From Candidatus Eiseniibacteriota bacterium (GTDB taxonomy: Bacteria > Eisenbacteria > RBG-16-71-46 > CAZAMP01): a DNA stretch of 64,000 nucleotides. Position numbers and translations under genes: made by a program. This document shows, piece by piece, positions 47,618 to 56,492 of the stretch. The DNA lies in the NCBI GenBank assembly GCA_965224245.1, contig OZ245046.1:5280001-5344000 (forward strand), given 5' to 3'. The notes beneath the pieces were generated by a model. The model made no database searches, was not told the DNA's origin, and was given only the letters and a program-made list of their open reading frames with translations. Position 1 is the stretch's first letter. The number at the start of each line of letters is the position of its first letter.

Positions 47618-48879
47618 CAGCCCTTCATCTCGTCGATCTTCCGGAGCGCCTCCTGCTGCATCTGTCGGGCCGCCTCGGCCGGGGTGAGCGATCCGTTCCA
47701 GACGCTCTGGACGCCGGGGCGCATCGCGTCCCAGATCGCGCGCATCTCGGGTACGACCGGCATGCGGCGCCCGACCATCACCTGCGAGCGCGAGGCCTCG
47801 AGCGTCTCGTCGCTCTGGATCGCCGGATCCTGGTAGGCCGCCTTGCGCGTGGGCAGCGTTCCGAGCCGCGTCGCGAAGTCGATCTGGCTGCGAACCGACG
47901 TGAGCTCCTCCAGCAGCGCCTCGATCCGCGCCAGCTTGGCCCCGGTGACGCGCGCGTTGATGGAGTACCCCTTGGACGAGATCATGGGCGCCGGCCACCG
48001 TCCGTCGATCCTCGGCAGACGACTGATCGCGATGTCGACGCCCGCCTTGCGATACGCCGACCACGACCACGGTCCGTTGATGATCATCGCCGCCCGGCCC
48101 TCGCTGAACAGCGTGTGTGCAAGCTCGTAGTCGCACTCCGCCGGTGACACGCCGTGCTCGTTTCGGAGCGCGTCGTATAGCCCCAGCGCCTTCACCATCG
48201 CGGGCGTGTCGAGCGTCGGGGCGTGGCTCTCGTCCATGACCCAGCCCCCGGAGCCGGTCAGAAACGGGATCACCCAGAACGGCTCACCCACCTGGAACAC
48301 GAGCCCGTACCGATCGATGCGGCCGTCGCCGTTCGTGTCGACCGTGTTGGCCTTCGCGATGGCCACCAGCTCGTCCCAGGTCTCGGGCGCGTCGGGGACG
48401 AGCGCGGTGTTCCGCACGAGCGCCAGGTGATTGCCCAGCTGATCGGGCAGCGCCCACACGTGACCGTCCAGCGTGTCGAACGCCTCGGGCACGAACGCGT
48501 CGAGCGCGTCGCCGAGGATCTCGTCCAGGGGATGGATCACGCGCATGATCGAGAACGGGCCGATCTGATCGGAGGGACCGAACACGAGATCCGGTCCGCC
48601 GCCGGCCAGCGCCGCCGTCTGGAACTTCGTTCGAAGATCCTCGGTGGACTCGTGACTCACCTCGAACGTGAGCTCCGGGTGATTGGCCTGTACCTCGGCC
48701 AGGTGCTCGGTCAGGACCGATCGCTCCTCGGGATCCATCTGGACCCAGATCGCGATCGTGGTGTCCGTGGCCGACCCACCGTCACCTCCGCCGCAGGACA
48801 GGGTGAAGGTCGCCACGATCGCGCAGGCGACCGCGATCGCGCCCGCGCGAGAACGGATTCCGATCCTCGAAGTCCACAT
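47617..48879 (-). CDS. malE: Maltose/maltodextrin-binding lipoprotein (MalE/MdxE-like)
   Basis: Lipobox FTLSC; GPDL..SDQIG, PETWDEL, AAMIINGPW, MPVVPEMRAIW. Confidence 0.9.
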   Translation of the reverse strand: MWTSRIGIRSRAGAIAVACAIVATFTLSCGGGDGGSATDTTIAIWVQMDPEERSVLTEHLAEVQANHPELTFEVSHESTEDLRTKFQTAALAGGGPDLVFGPSDQIGPFSIMRVIHPLDEILGDALDAFVPEAFDTLDGHVWALPDQLGNHLALVRNTALVPDAPETWDELVAIAKANTVDTNGDGRIDRYGLVFQVGEPFWVIPFLTGSGGWVMDESHAPTLDTPAMVKALGLYDALRNEHGVSPAECDYELAHTLFSEGRAAMIINGPWSWSAYRKAGVDIAISRLPRIDGRWPAPMISSKGYSINARVTGAKLARIEALLEELTSVRSQIDFATRLGTLPTRKAAYQDPAIQSDETLEASRSQVMVGRRMPVVPEMRAIWDAMRPGVQSVWNGSLTPAEAARQMQQEALRKIDEMKG

Positions 48880-49219
48880 GGCCGGCTCCCGGAGACGGGT
48901 GTGAGCGCCTCGAACTGGCGTGGCCGGACGATAGCGCGTCCGTCGGACCCGGGCAACGGCTCGACATCGCGCAACGACCAGATTCCGCAAGGGTTTGGGA
49001 CGTCGCCGCAGGCCCCACTGGCGGTGCGCGCTCCGTGGACGAAACCCGCCGCATCCGGTAAAATCGACCGTTCCGAGTTCGCCGGATTCTGCCAGGCCAG
49101 GCGCCCCCGGGCCGCGTCGCGTTCGCCCGGACGCACGTCTCCGAGGCTGCGCTCTGCATCGTCGACCCAGCGCCTTCGAGCGCGACGTCGCGCGCCCGCG
49201 CGACCAGGAGGTACCGAGC

Positions 49220-51289
49220 ATGATCACCCGCCGAATCGCGTTGCCGGCCTGCGCCGCGTCGGCCTTTCTGTGCGGCCTGACCGGGGCCGCCGGAGCCGAG
49301 GGTTTCGGCACGCCGACGATCGACGGCGTCATCGATGCCGTCTACGGCGACCCCGAAGCCACCGACCCCACCGACGATGCGCCGCAGGGATTCGAGCACC
49401 TCGACCTCGGTCGCCTGTATGTCTGCAATGACGTCGACTACTGGTACTTCGCGTTCGAGGCGGACGACGACGTCCTGGCCACGAACTGGGGCAAGTACAT
49501 GATCGAGATCGACACCACGAACGACGCCGCCGGCGCGACCGTGGACGCGTGGGGTCGCAACGTCGTGATCAGCGATCCGCACAAGCCCGAGTTCTCGCTC
49601 CGGAGCTGGGTGGACGGCGGCGGCGCCTACAGCGCGGCGAAGACCCAGGTCTGGGCCTGGGACGGCGCCTCCTGGTCGACCGACGGCGCCCTGGACGACG
49701 CCGCCGTGGCCGAGGGCACAACCAGCGTGTTCGAGTGGAAGGTGGCCAAGACCCGCATCGGCAGCCCGTCGACGATCTGGTGCGAGGTGTTCACGACCGC
49801 CGGCGGCGGCGGCGACAACGCGCAGGACACGTCGAACGACCCCGCCGACGACTGGAACGCCACCGACTGGACGACCACCGCGGTGCTCGCCAACTCCACC
49901 GAGGTCGCCGAGACGTCGGGATCGGACGTGACGCCGCCGACGCTGGTCTCGGTCACGGGTATCGGTCAGGATCCGATCACCGACCTCCTGCTCGAGTTCT
50001 CCGAGGCGCTCGAGCAGCTGTCCGCCGAGACGACCGGCAACTACAGCATCGACGATACCGCCGTGACGATTCTCAGTGCCATCCAGGACACGATCGAGCC
50101 GCGCAAGGTGACCCTCGTCACCGAGTACGTTCCGGCTCCCGCGGGCGAGGGCTCGAGGGGCGCTACAGGGCTTCCGTACGGGCAATGCTTCGAGGTGACG
50201 GTGACCGGCGTCGAGGACGTCGCGGGCAACCCGATCGTCGACGACGGCATCTCGAACGTGGCCGGGTTCCAGCTCTGGAGCCTCACCTTCCGGGCCAACA
50301 TGAACCTGCGCCTCCGGGACGTGTCGTACTTCCCCGACACCGAGGACGTGGGTCTCGAGGGCAGCCAGTCGCCCCTCACGTGGGATCCGGTCGGCGATCT
50401 CCTGCTCGACGACGCCGACGGCGACAGCGTGTACACGGCGACCGTCCAGTTCTCGTTCCCGTGTGAGAGCATCCCGGCACCCGGCGGAAACACGCTCGAG
50501 TACAAGTTCACCCACAAGGGCGAGTACGAGTCGATCGGCAACCACTTCTACGCGTTCGATCCGCTCATCGGTGAGGACGTGCTCAACATCTGGTGGAACG
50601 ACGTCGCGCCGAGCGACATCACGGCCAACGTCGTCGACGTGATCTGGACGGTCGACACGAGTGGAGAGACCGTGCCCCCCGTGGACGGCGTGGACGTGCT
50701 CGCGCTGAACGGGAGCCAGCTCCCGCTCAACTGGGACGTCCCACCGCTGGGGTCGAGCGCGCTTCGGGACAACGGAGTCGCGCCCGACGATACGGCCGGC
50801 GACGACATCTGGTCGATCCGCGTGCGCTTCCCGGTGGGCACGTTCAGGACCGTCTACCACAAGTTCGTCCTGAACGACGTCTACGAGTGCGAGGACCAGG
50901 ACAACCGCAGCATCACCATCGACGACGCGACCTACAGCGACACGAACCCGCAGATCCTGGACACGGCCACCTACGATCAGTGCGTGATCCTCGGCGTCGA
51001 AGACGCCTCGCTGCCCCGGCTGCAGATGGTGGCGCGGCCGAACCCGTCGACCCGGGGCACGTTCATCGCATTCACGACCGATCGTGAGACCGACGTCCGG
51101 GTGACCGTGCACGACGTGCAGGGACGGCAGGTACGTGAGCTGGAGGACGGGCCGATGCCGATCGGGCGCACGGCGATCTTCTTCGACGGGCGTGACGCCG
51201 GCGGGCGTGCGCTCGCGTCGGGCACGTACTACGTCCGGATCGAGACGGCGGATGGCGTGGAGACGCGTCCGCTGACGCTGATGCGCTGA
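49220..51289 (+). CDS. Secreted multi-domain carbohydrate-binding protein with C-terminal FlgD/T9SS-like Ig domain
   Basis: Signal peptide; N-terminal PTIDGVID..Y beta-sandwich; Ig-like DVTPPTL; two CBM-like modules (DDADGDSVY..YKF; LRDNGVAPDDTAGDDIW); CTD RPNP..VHDVQGRQV..DGRD..ASGTYYVR. No catalytic motif seen. Confidence 0.75.
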   Translation: MITRRIALPACAASAFLCGLTGAAGAEGFGTPTIDGVIDAVYGDPEATDPTDDAPQGFEHLDLGRLYVCNDVDYWYFAFEADDDVLATNWGKYMIEIDTTNDAAGATVDAWGRNVVISDPHKPEFSLRSWVDGGGAYSAAKTQVWAWDGASWSTDGALDDAAVAEGTTSVFEWKVAKTRIGSPSTIWCEVFTTAGGGGDNAQDTSNDPADDWNATDWTTTAVLANSTEVAETSGSDVTPPTLVSVTGIGQDPITDLLLEFSEALEQLSAETTGNYSIDDTAVTILSAIQDTIEPRKVTLVTEYVPAPAGEGSRGATGLPYGQCFEVTVTGVEDVAGNPIVDDGISNVAGFQLWSLTFRANMNLRLRDVSYFPDTEDVGLEGSQSPLTWDPVGDLLLDDADGDSVYTATVQFSFPCESIPAPGGNTLEYKFTHKGEYESIGNHFYAFDPLIGEDVLNIWWNDVAPSDITANVVDVIWTVDTSGETVPPVDGVDVLALNGSQLPLNWDVPPLGSSALRDNGVAPDDTAGDDIWSIRVRFPVGTFRTVYHKFVLNDVYECEDQDNRSITIDDATYSDTNPQILDTATYDQCVILGVEDASLPRLQMVARPNPSTRGTFIAFTTDRETDVRVTVHDVQGRQVRELEDGPMPIGRTAIFFDGRDAGGRALASGTYYVRIETADGVETRPLTLMR

Positions 51290-51331
51290 CGGCCGGCGGC
51301 GAGGTCCACGCAGCACGCGCAGGTAATACTT

Positions 51332-51360
51332 CCCCGCGTCCCTCGGGACGCGGGGTTTTT
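51332..51360 (+). terminator. Rho-independent terminator
   Basis: CCCCGCGTCC-CTCG-GGACGCGGGG-TTTTT. Confidence 0.9.
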
Positions 51361-51466
51361 CGTTTGACGCGCTCGAGCGATGGGCTCAACGTGGGACCGT
51401 TCGTGGTTCGATCGGACGGCCGAGGTCGAACGCGACACTCCCCTGCCCAGGGACGAGGGAGGTGCC

Positions 51467-52414
51467 ATGTCCTCGAGTCTCCACGTCATCTTCGGCGCCG
51501 GTCAGGTCGGCGTGCCGCTGGCCGAGCGACTTCTCGAGCGCGGCATGAGCGTCCGCATGGTCAAGCGCTCGCCGTCCGACGACGTACCCGACGGCGCCGA
51601 GCTGGGGCTCGGTGACGCGAGCGACGCGGAGTTCTGCCGCGAAGCCAGCCAGGGCGCCGATGCGATCTATCACATCATGAACCCGCGCTACGTGGCGAAG
51701 GTGTGGCGCGAGCGCCTGCCCCTGTACATGCAGAACCTGATGCAGGCCGCGGCGTCCGCCGAGGCGCGGCTGGTCGTGCTCGACAACCTCTACATGATCG
51801 GCCCCACCGGTGGGGTTCCGATCGACGAGGACACGCCGGTGTCGCCGTGCTCGGCGAAGGGGAGGGCGCGTGCCCGGGCCGCCCGGATGCTCTTCGACGC
51901 CCACGAGCGGGGCGACGTGCGCGCCGTCGTCGGGCGAGCCTCCGACTACTACGGACCGAGGGGGACGCTGACGCATCTGGGCGATCCGTTCTGGAAGCCC
52001 GTCCTCGCCGGAAAGACCGCGCGCATGGTCATCGATCCCGACGCGGTCCACACGTATCACTACATCCCCGACGTGGCCGCCGGTCTCGCCGAGCTCGGGC
52101 TGGCGTCCGAGAGCGTGCTCGGCCGCGTGTGGATGCTGCCCTGCGCGCCCGCCCGGACCGCCCGCGAGCTGATCGCCGACCTGTCCACCGCGCTGGGGCG
52201 CGAGATCGCCGTGTCGCGAACTCCACGCCCCGTGATCAAGGCGCTCGGCCTGTTCGTGCCGATGCTGCGAGAGGTCGACGAGATGCTGTACCAGTGGGAC
52301 GAGCCGTTCATCGTCGACGACAGCCGGTTCCGGAAGCGCTTCGGGGCCACGGCCACCGATCCGGTCGAAGGCGCCGCGGCCACGGTGGCCTGGGCGCGCG
52401 AGCACTACGCCTGA
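51467..52414 (+). CDS. NAD-dependent epimerase/dehydratase family (atypical SDR)
   Basis: HVIFGAGQVG, LDNLYMIG, KGRAR, RASDYYGP, EMLYQW..PFIVDDS. Confidence 0.88.
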   Translation: MSSSLHVIFGAGQVGVPLAERLLERGMSVRMVKRSPSDDVPDGAELGLGDASDAEFCREASQGADAIYHIMNPRYVAKVWRERLPLYMQNLMQAAASAEARLVVLDNLYMIGPTGGVPIDEDTPVSPCSAKGRARARAARMLFDAHERGDVRAVVGRASDYYGPRGTLTHLGDPFWKPVLAGKTARMVIDPDAVHTYHYIPDVAAGLAELGLASESVLGRVWMLPCAPARTARELIADLSTALGREIAVSRTPRPVIKALGLFVPMLREVDEMLYQWDEPFIVDDSRFRKRFGATATDPVEGAAATVAWAREHYA

Positions 52415-52450
52415 TCGCGCGTCCAGGGCCGGCCCCGGTCGGGCCGACGA

Positions 52451-53836
52451 CTACTCGATCGTGCTGATCCGCCAGGTCGAGCGCCGCTCGTCCAGCTCGA
52501 AGCGATAGTCGCCGTCGCCCGGGAACTTGATCGACAGCCCCGTGCCCTCGCCGCTGACGATGCAGGCGTCGCCGCTCGTGACCCCACCCACGAACTCGTG
52601 GATGTCATCCTCGCTCGTGCACGTGCCGTAGTCGTCGTCCCACGCCTCGTTCGTGCGGAACTTGAGCACCCACACCGAGTCGGCATCCACCGAGATCGTC
52701 AGCGTGTCGGCCCACACGCACTGCGACGGGTCCACCAGTGTCATGTGCGGGCCGCCGGGTGGGGGCGGCCAGCCGTTGAACTCGCCGACGATCTCGATCG
52801 CCGAGCTGGTCTGGCACGCCTCGTCCACGAGCAGCGTGATCGGATCCAGCGTCGTCGTGGTCTCGGCGGTCACCTCCACGTCCGTGATCGTTTGGGAGAC
52901 ATAGCCGGCGGCCGAGATCTCGACGCCGACCGTTCCCACCGGAACGTCCTCGATCACGAACGCGCCCGCGGCGTCGGTCGTGCCCTCGATCGTGCCGGTG
53001 CCGGCCGTCACGCGAACGGTGGCCGTGGGCAGCTCGGCCGGATCGTCGTCGAACGTGACCGTGCCCGCGACGGTCCCGAACTCGGCGTCCACGAGCGTGA
53101 TCGTCTCCAGATCGGCCGAGCCGCCGTCGGTGATCACGACCCCGGAGACGTGCCGGTCCACGAAGCCCTCGGCGATGATGACGACCTCGTACGTGCCGGC
53201 GGGCAGGTTCGGAATCGAGAAGGTTCCGGTGCCCGAGCGCGACGTGGTCACCGGCGCCTCGTCCATCGGCTCGATCCGATACGACGGCGGCGTGGTGCCC
53301 TCGTAGAGGAGGATGTTGTACAGCCCGGACTCGAGCACGTCGGCCCGCATGTCGTTGCCGGTGCCCGAGCCGCGCTCGGTGGTGCCGACGAGGCCGTCGC
53401 CGCCGCCGGCGTTCACGTAGTCGTCGCCCCAGGCCCTGCCCACGACGAACTTCCAGGTGATCTCCCCGCTGGACAGATCGCGCGTGTCGACCCAGGCGCC
53501 GCCGCCGAGATAGCGCATGCCCGGCTCGGACCAGTGTGTGGTGCTCCACTCGTTCCAGGAGCCGGTCGGGTGGATCGTGCTCGTGGTCGTCATGTAGCCC
53601 GGCACGTAGTCACGAAGCGCGTAGATGGTGGCGACCTCGCCGACGCCGAGCCCGGCCACGACGCCGCGCAGCTCGGCGGTTCCGGCGGCCTCGCCGGTGG
53701 GGGTGAGGAGCGTCGAGTCGGGTGCGTCGTCACAGCCGAGCCCGCCCAGACCGGCGACGCCGAACGTGGTCAGCGCGGCGAGTCCGAGGAAGGCTCGCCG
53801 GCGCCGCGGGCTCGTGATCGTGAAGGGCTTGTTCAT
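52451..53836 (-). CDS. SusE/SusF-like starch-binding lipoprotein with carboxypeptidase-regulatory-like Ig repeats
   Basis: RRRAFL (Tat-like) + lipobox GLGC; TGSWNEW..WKF..AWGDDY and VGEFNGW..LKFRTNEAWDDDYG..GDYRF modules flanking two GTV/GxFxI Ig domains. Confidence 0.7.
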   Translation of the reverse strand: MNKPFTITSPRRRRAFLGLAALTTFGVAGLGGLGCDDAPDSTLLTPTGEAAGTAELRGVVAGLGVGEVATIYALRDYVPGYMTTTSTIHPTGSWNEWSTTHWSEPGMRYLGGGAWVDTRDLSSGEITWKFVVGRAWGDDYVNAGGGDGLVGTTERGSGTGNDMRADVLESGLYNILLYEGTTPPSYRIEPMDEAPVTTSRSGTGTFSIPNLPAGTYEVVIIAEGFVDRHVSGVVITDGGSADLETITLVDAEFGTVAGTVTFDDDPAELPTATVRVTAGTGTIEGTTDAAGAFVIEDVPVGTVGVEISAAGYVSQTITDVEVTAETTTTLDPITLLVDEACQTSSAIEIVGEFNGWPPPPGGPHMTLVDPSQCVWADTLTISVDADSVWVLKFRTNEAWDDDYGTCTSEDDIHEFVGGVTSGDACIVSGEGTGLSIKFPGDGDYRFELDERRSTWRISTIE

Positions 53837-53839
53837 TGA

Positions 53840-54247
53840 CTAGTCCACGATGAGTACGGAGTTGAACCCGCCGAAGCCGTCGTCGGTCCGGTTCGGGTTG
53901 TTGGGATCTTCCTTCCAGTTCGTCTCGTCGACCTTGAACTTGTACTGGTAGCGTCCGGGTTCCAGGTCCACGACGAGTCGCCAGACGCCGTCGCCGTCCT
54001 CGTCGGCCATCTCGCCCACGCGGAACCCGCCGGTCTCGGCCAGGCCCGCGCACCAGTTGTTGCTCTCCCAGCTCCCGCAGAGCTGGACGATCTGGGCCGA
54101 GGGGCTCGCGAACTGGAACATGTATCCGCCCTGGACGCGTATGGGCGGTGGCAAGCGCTTCTTGATGAACGTGAGCCGCGTGCAGCCGGCCGCCAGCACG
54201 ACCACGGCCAGGGCCATGCACAGCCCCCGGATACGGTGACGCGACAT
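53840..54247 (-). CDS. Small lipoprotein with CBM48/AMPK-beta-like glycogen-binding domain
   Basis: AAGGAGG RBS; lipobox LAAGC; VQLCGSW..DGDGVW..LEPGRYQYKF.VD..WKEDPNNP..DDGFGGFNS. Confidence 0.85.
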   Translation of the reverse strand: MSRHRIRGLCMALAVVVLAAGCTRLTFIKKRLPPPIRVQGGYMFQFASPSAQIVQLCGSWESNNWCAGLAETGGFRVGEMADEDGDGVWRLVVDLEPGRYQYKFKVDETNWKEDPNNPNRTDDGFGGFNSVLIVD

Positions 54248-54284
54248 GGTCACCTCCTTCGAACGGCGCGCCGGCGGCGCGCGT

Positions 54285-56492
54285 CTAGTAGCGAACGATC
54301 GCCTCGAGCTGGAAGCGGCGTTCGTCTTCCAGGGCCCGCTCCGCGCTCACGATGGCGTCGCCGAGCCCCAGGTAGTTCGTCTGCGCCGCCGATCCGTTGG
54401 CGCCGCGCTCGAACAGGAACAGGTCCCGTCCGATGTAATCGTACTCGTTGACCGGCGCGTCGATCACGTAGGGATCCACGCCGTAGCTGAACGCGATGCT
54501 GATGGTGCTCGTCGGCAGGTACGCGATCTCGATGAACGTGGAGACGAACGAGTCGTTCAGATCCAGGATCGCCGAGTCGTAGCTGGCGATGCGGGTGTCG
54601 ACGTAGCCGCGCCAGCGCGGGGCGAGCATGCCCGTCAGGTGGACCAGCGTCTCGACGTAGCTCGGGGTCTTGCCCACGCCGGCGCCGGCGAACGTGCCGT
54701 GATAGGCGAGCTCGACCTGGCGTCCGTCGTGGAGCCCGATGGCGAGGTGCGGCTTGATCACCGACGCGTCGTTCCCGCCGAGCAGCGTGAGCCGCTCGTA
54801 GCTCACCTCGTGCTCGCCGTTCTCGAGCCAGAAGTTCCGCTGGTCGAACCACATCTGCGCGCCCCAGGGCGTGGCCTCGTCGTACGAGAAGCTCGTCTGC
54901 TCGACGTCGACCGCAGCCGCGACCGGGCGGTCGATTCCGGGGAACGGGTCCCACTCGCGCTCGATCGACGCCGAGAGCACGTTCATGTCGTTCGTGAGGT
55001 CGGTGCCCGCCGTGGTGGCGATCGGGGTCAGGTCGTGACGCTGGAGCTCCCAGCTCAGGCTCGCGTCGACGTCCAGGGCGAGCGCGGGCCACGTGAGGCC
55101 GAGAAACGCGCGCACGCTCTCGTCCAGGGTCTGGCTGCCCCGGGGGCCGATGTCGGACTCGTTCCCGGCGCTGACGACCGTGTACACGTCGCTGCCGTCG
55201 ACGGTCGCGGTCTGGATCTCGACGTCGTCACGGACACCCCCCTGGCGGTCCTCGATGACCGACTCGCCCCACAGGAGCTCGGCGTTCACCCGGGGGCCGT
55301 GCTCGCTCCGGTACTCGACGTCGCCACCGAAGGCGTTCCAGCGCTCGAAGAGGCCGACGTACGTCGATCGCGTGCCGAGCGTGTCGACGGTGGCGCTGGG
55401 CACGATCGTCTGAAGCGAGCCGGGGTTGTAGCTCCGATCCATCCGGAACGAGACGCCGACGCGAACGTCGCCCCCCGGCGCCGAGGTGAGCGTCCCCGCA
55501 CGCGCGGCCAGGACGTCCTTGCCGGCGTCACTGACCGCGGTCCGGTAGTCGGTGAGCGGCTGGTCGAACTCGAAGCGTCCCTCGTCGAACACGAGCTGGT
55601 CGGGCGTCATGAACGTCTCGGTGACACCCGGGTGCGTGAAGCCGCCGGGCTCCGAGTCGTCGGAGTAGAGGAGCTGCGCCTCGACGCCGCGAAACGTCTT
55701 CGTCGCCCACGCGCCCACGGTCTCGTAGCCGTAGTCGTGGTCGTAGATCCCGATGCCCCCGACGAGCCGAAGCGGGTCGTCGAACCGGCCCACGCCCTCG
55801 TTGTCCCACAGGACCCCGTCGATCTCGTCGTTGGAGAGCCGCAGCGACCCGCGATCAAAGTTCAGGCGCGTCTGGTAGAAGTCGACGTTGTCGGCCTCGT
55901 TGTGGATGTTGGTGAGCACGTGCGCGCTCAGGTCGTCGTTCACGCGCACGGCGAAGTCCAGGTCGATGTCGAGCGTGGGGCGGCGTAGCTCGTAGCGCGA
56001 GCTCGGCCCGTCGGCCTCCCGGGCGACGTAGTCTCCGATGGATCGCCCGGTCACCACGACCTTCGGGCTCAGCGTCGTGTTGGACGTCGCCGCCATCGCG
56101 GTGAGCGAGCCGTCGGCGGCGATCGTGATCGCGGAGTTTCCGTAATCACCGGCGGTCACGGGGTTTGTGGGGTCGGCGATCCAGTTGCCGTCGACGACGA
56201 ACTTGTAGAGCTGCTGACCGGCCTCCAGGGGAACCGTGATCGCCCACACGCCGTCCTCGTTCGTCATCGGGTTGGCGGTCGTGGACCAGCCGTTGAACTC
56301 GCCGGCCAGACTCACCGAGGACGCGTTCGGATCGGCGTACGTGAACCGGATGCCACCGTCCACGGCCACGGGCTGGGCGTTCGACGCCGCGGGCACGACG
56401 AGAACAGAGGCGATCGCGACCAGGACGGACCACACCCACGAGCGGGCGTGGCGGCGCGGAGTGCGTGGCGACGATACGGCGCGAGTGCCCAT
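54285..56492 (-). CDS. CBM48 domain fused to a predicted outer-membrane beta-barrel
   Basis: Signal peptide; SVSLAGEFNGW..YKFVVDGNWIADP; then amphipathic strands ending FQLEAIVRY (terminal aromatic). Confidence 0.72.
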   Translation of the reverse strand: MGTRAVSSPRTPRRHARSWVWSVLVAIASVLVVPAASNAQPVAVDGGIRFTYADPNASSVSLAGEFNGWSTTANPMTNEDGVWAITVPLEAGQQLYKFVVDGNWIADPTNPVTAGDYGNSAITIAADGSLTAMAATSNTTLSPKVVVTGRSIGDYVAREADGPSSRYELRRPTLDIDLDFAVRVNDDLSAHVLTNIHNEADNVDFYQTRLNFDRGSLRLSNDEIDGVLWDNEGVGRFDDPLRLVGGIGIYDHDYGYETVGAWATKTFRGVEAQLLYSDDSEPGGFTHPGVTETFMTPDQLVFDEGRFEFDQPLTDYRTAVSDAGKDVLAARAGTLTSAPGGDVRVGVSFRMDRSYNPGSLQTIVPSATVDTLGTRSTYVGLFERWNAFGGDVEYRSEHGPRVNAELLWGESVIEDRQGGVRDDVEIQTATVDGSDVYTVVSAGNESDIGPRGSQTLDESVRAFLGLTWPALALDVDASLSWELQRHDLTPIATTAGTDLTNDMNVLSASIEREWDPFPGIDRPVAAAVDVEQTSFSYDEATPWGAQMWFDQRNFWLENGEHEVSYERLTLLGGNDASVIKPHLAIGLHDGRQVELAYHGTFAGAGVGKTPSYVETLVHLTGMLAPRWRGYVDTRIASYDSAILDLNDSFVSTFIEIAYLPTSTISIAFSYGVDPYVIDAPVNEYDYIGRDLFLFERGANGSAAQTNYLGLGDAIVSAERALEDERRFQLEAIVRY

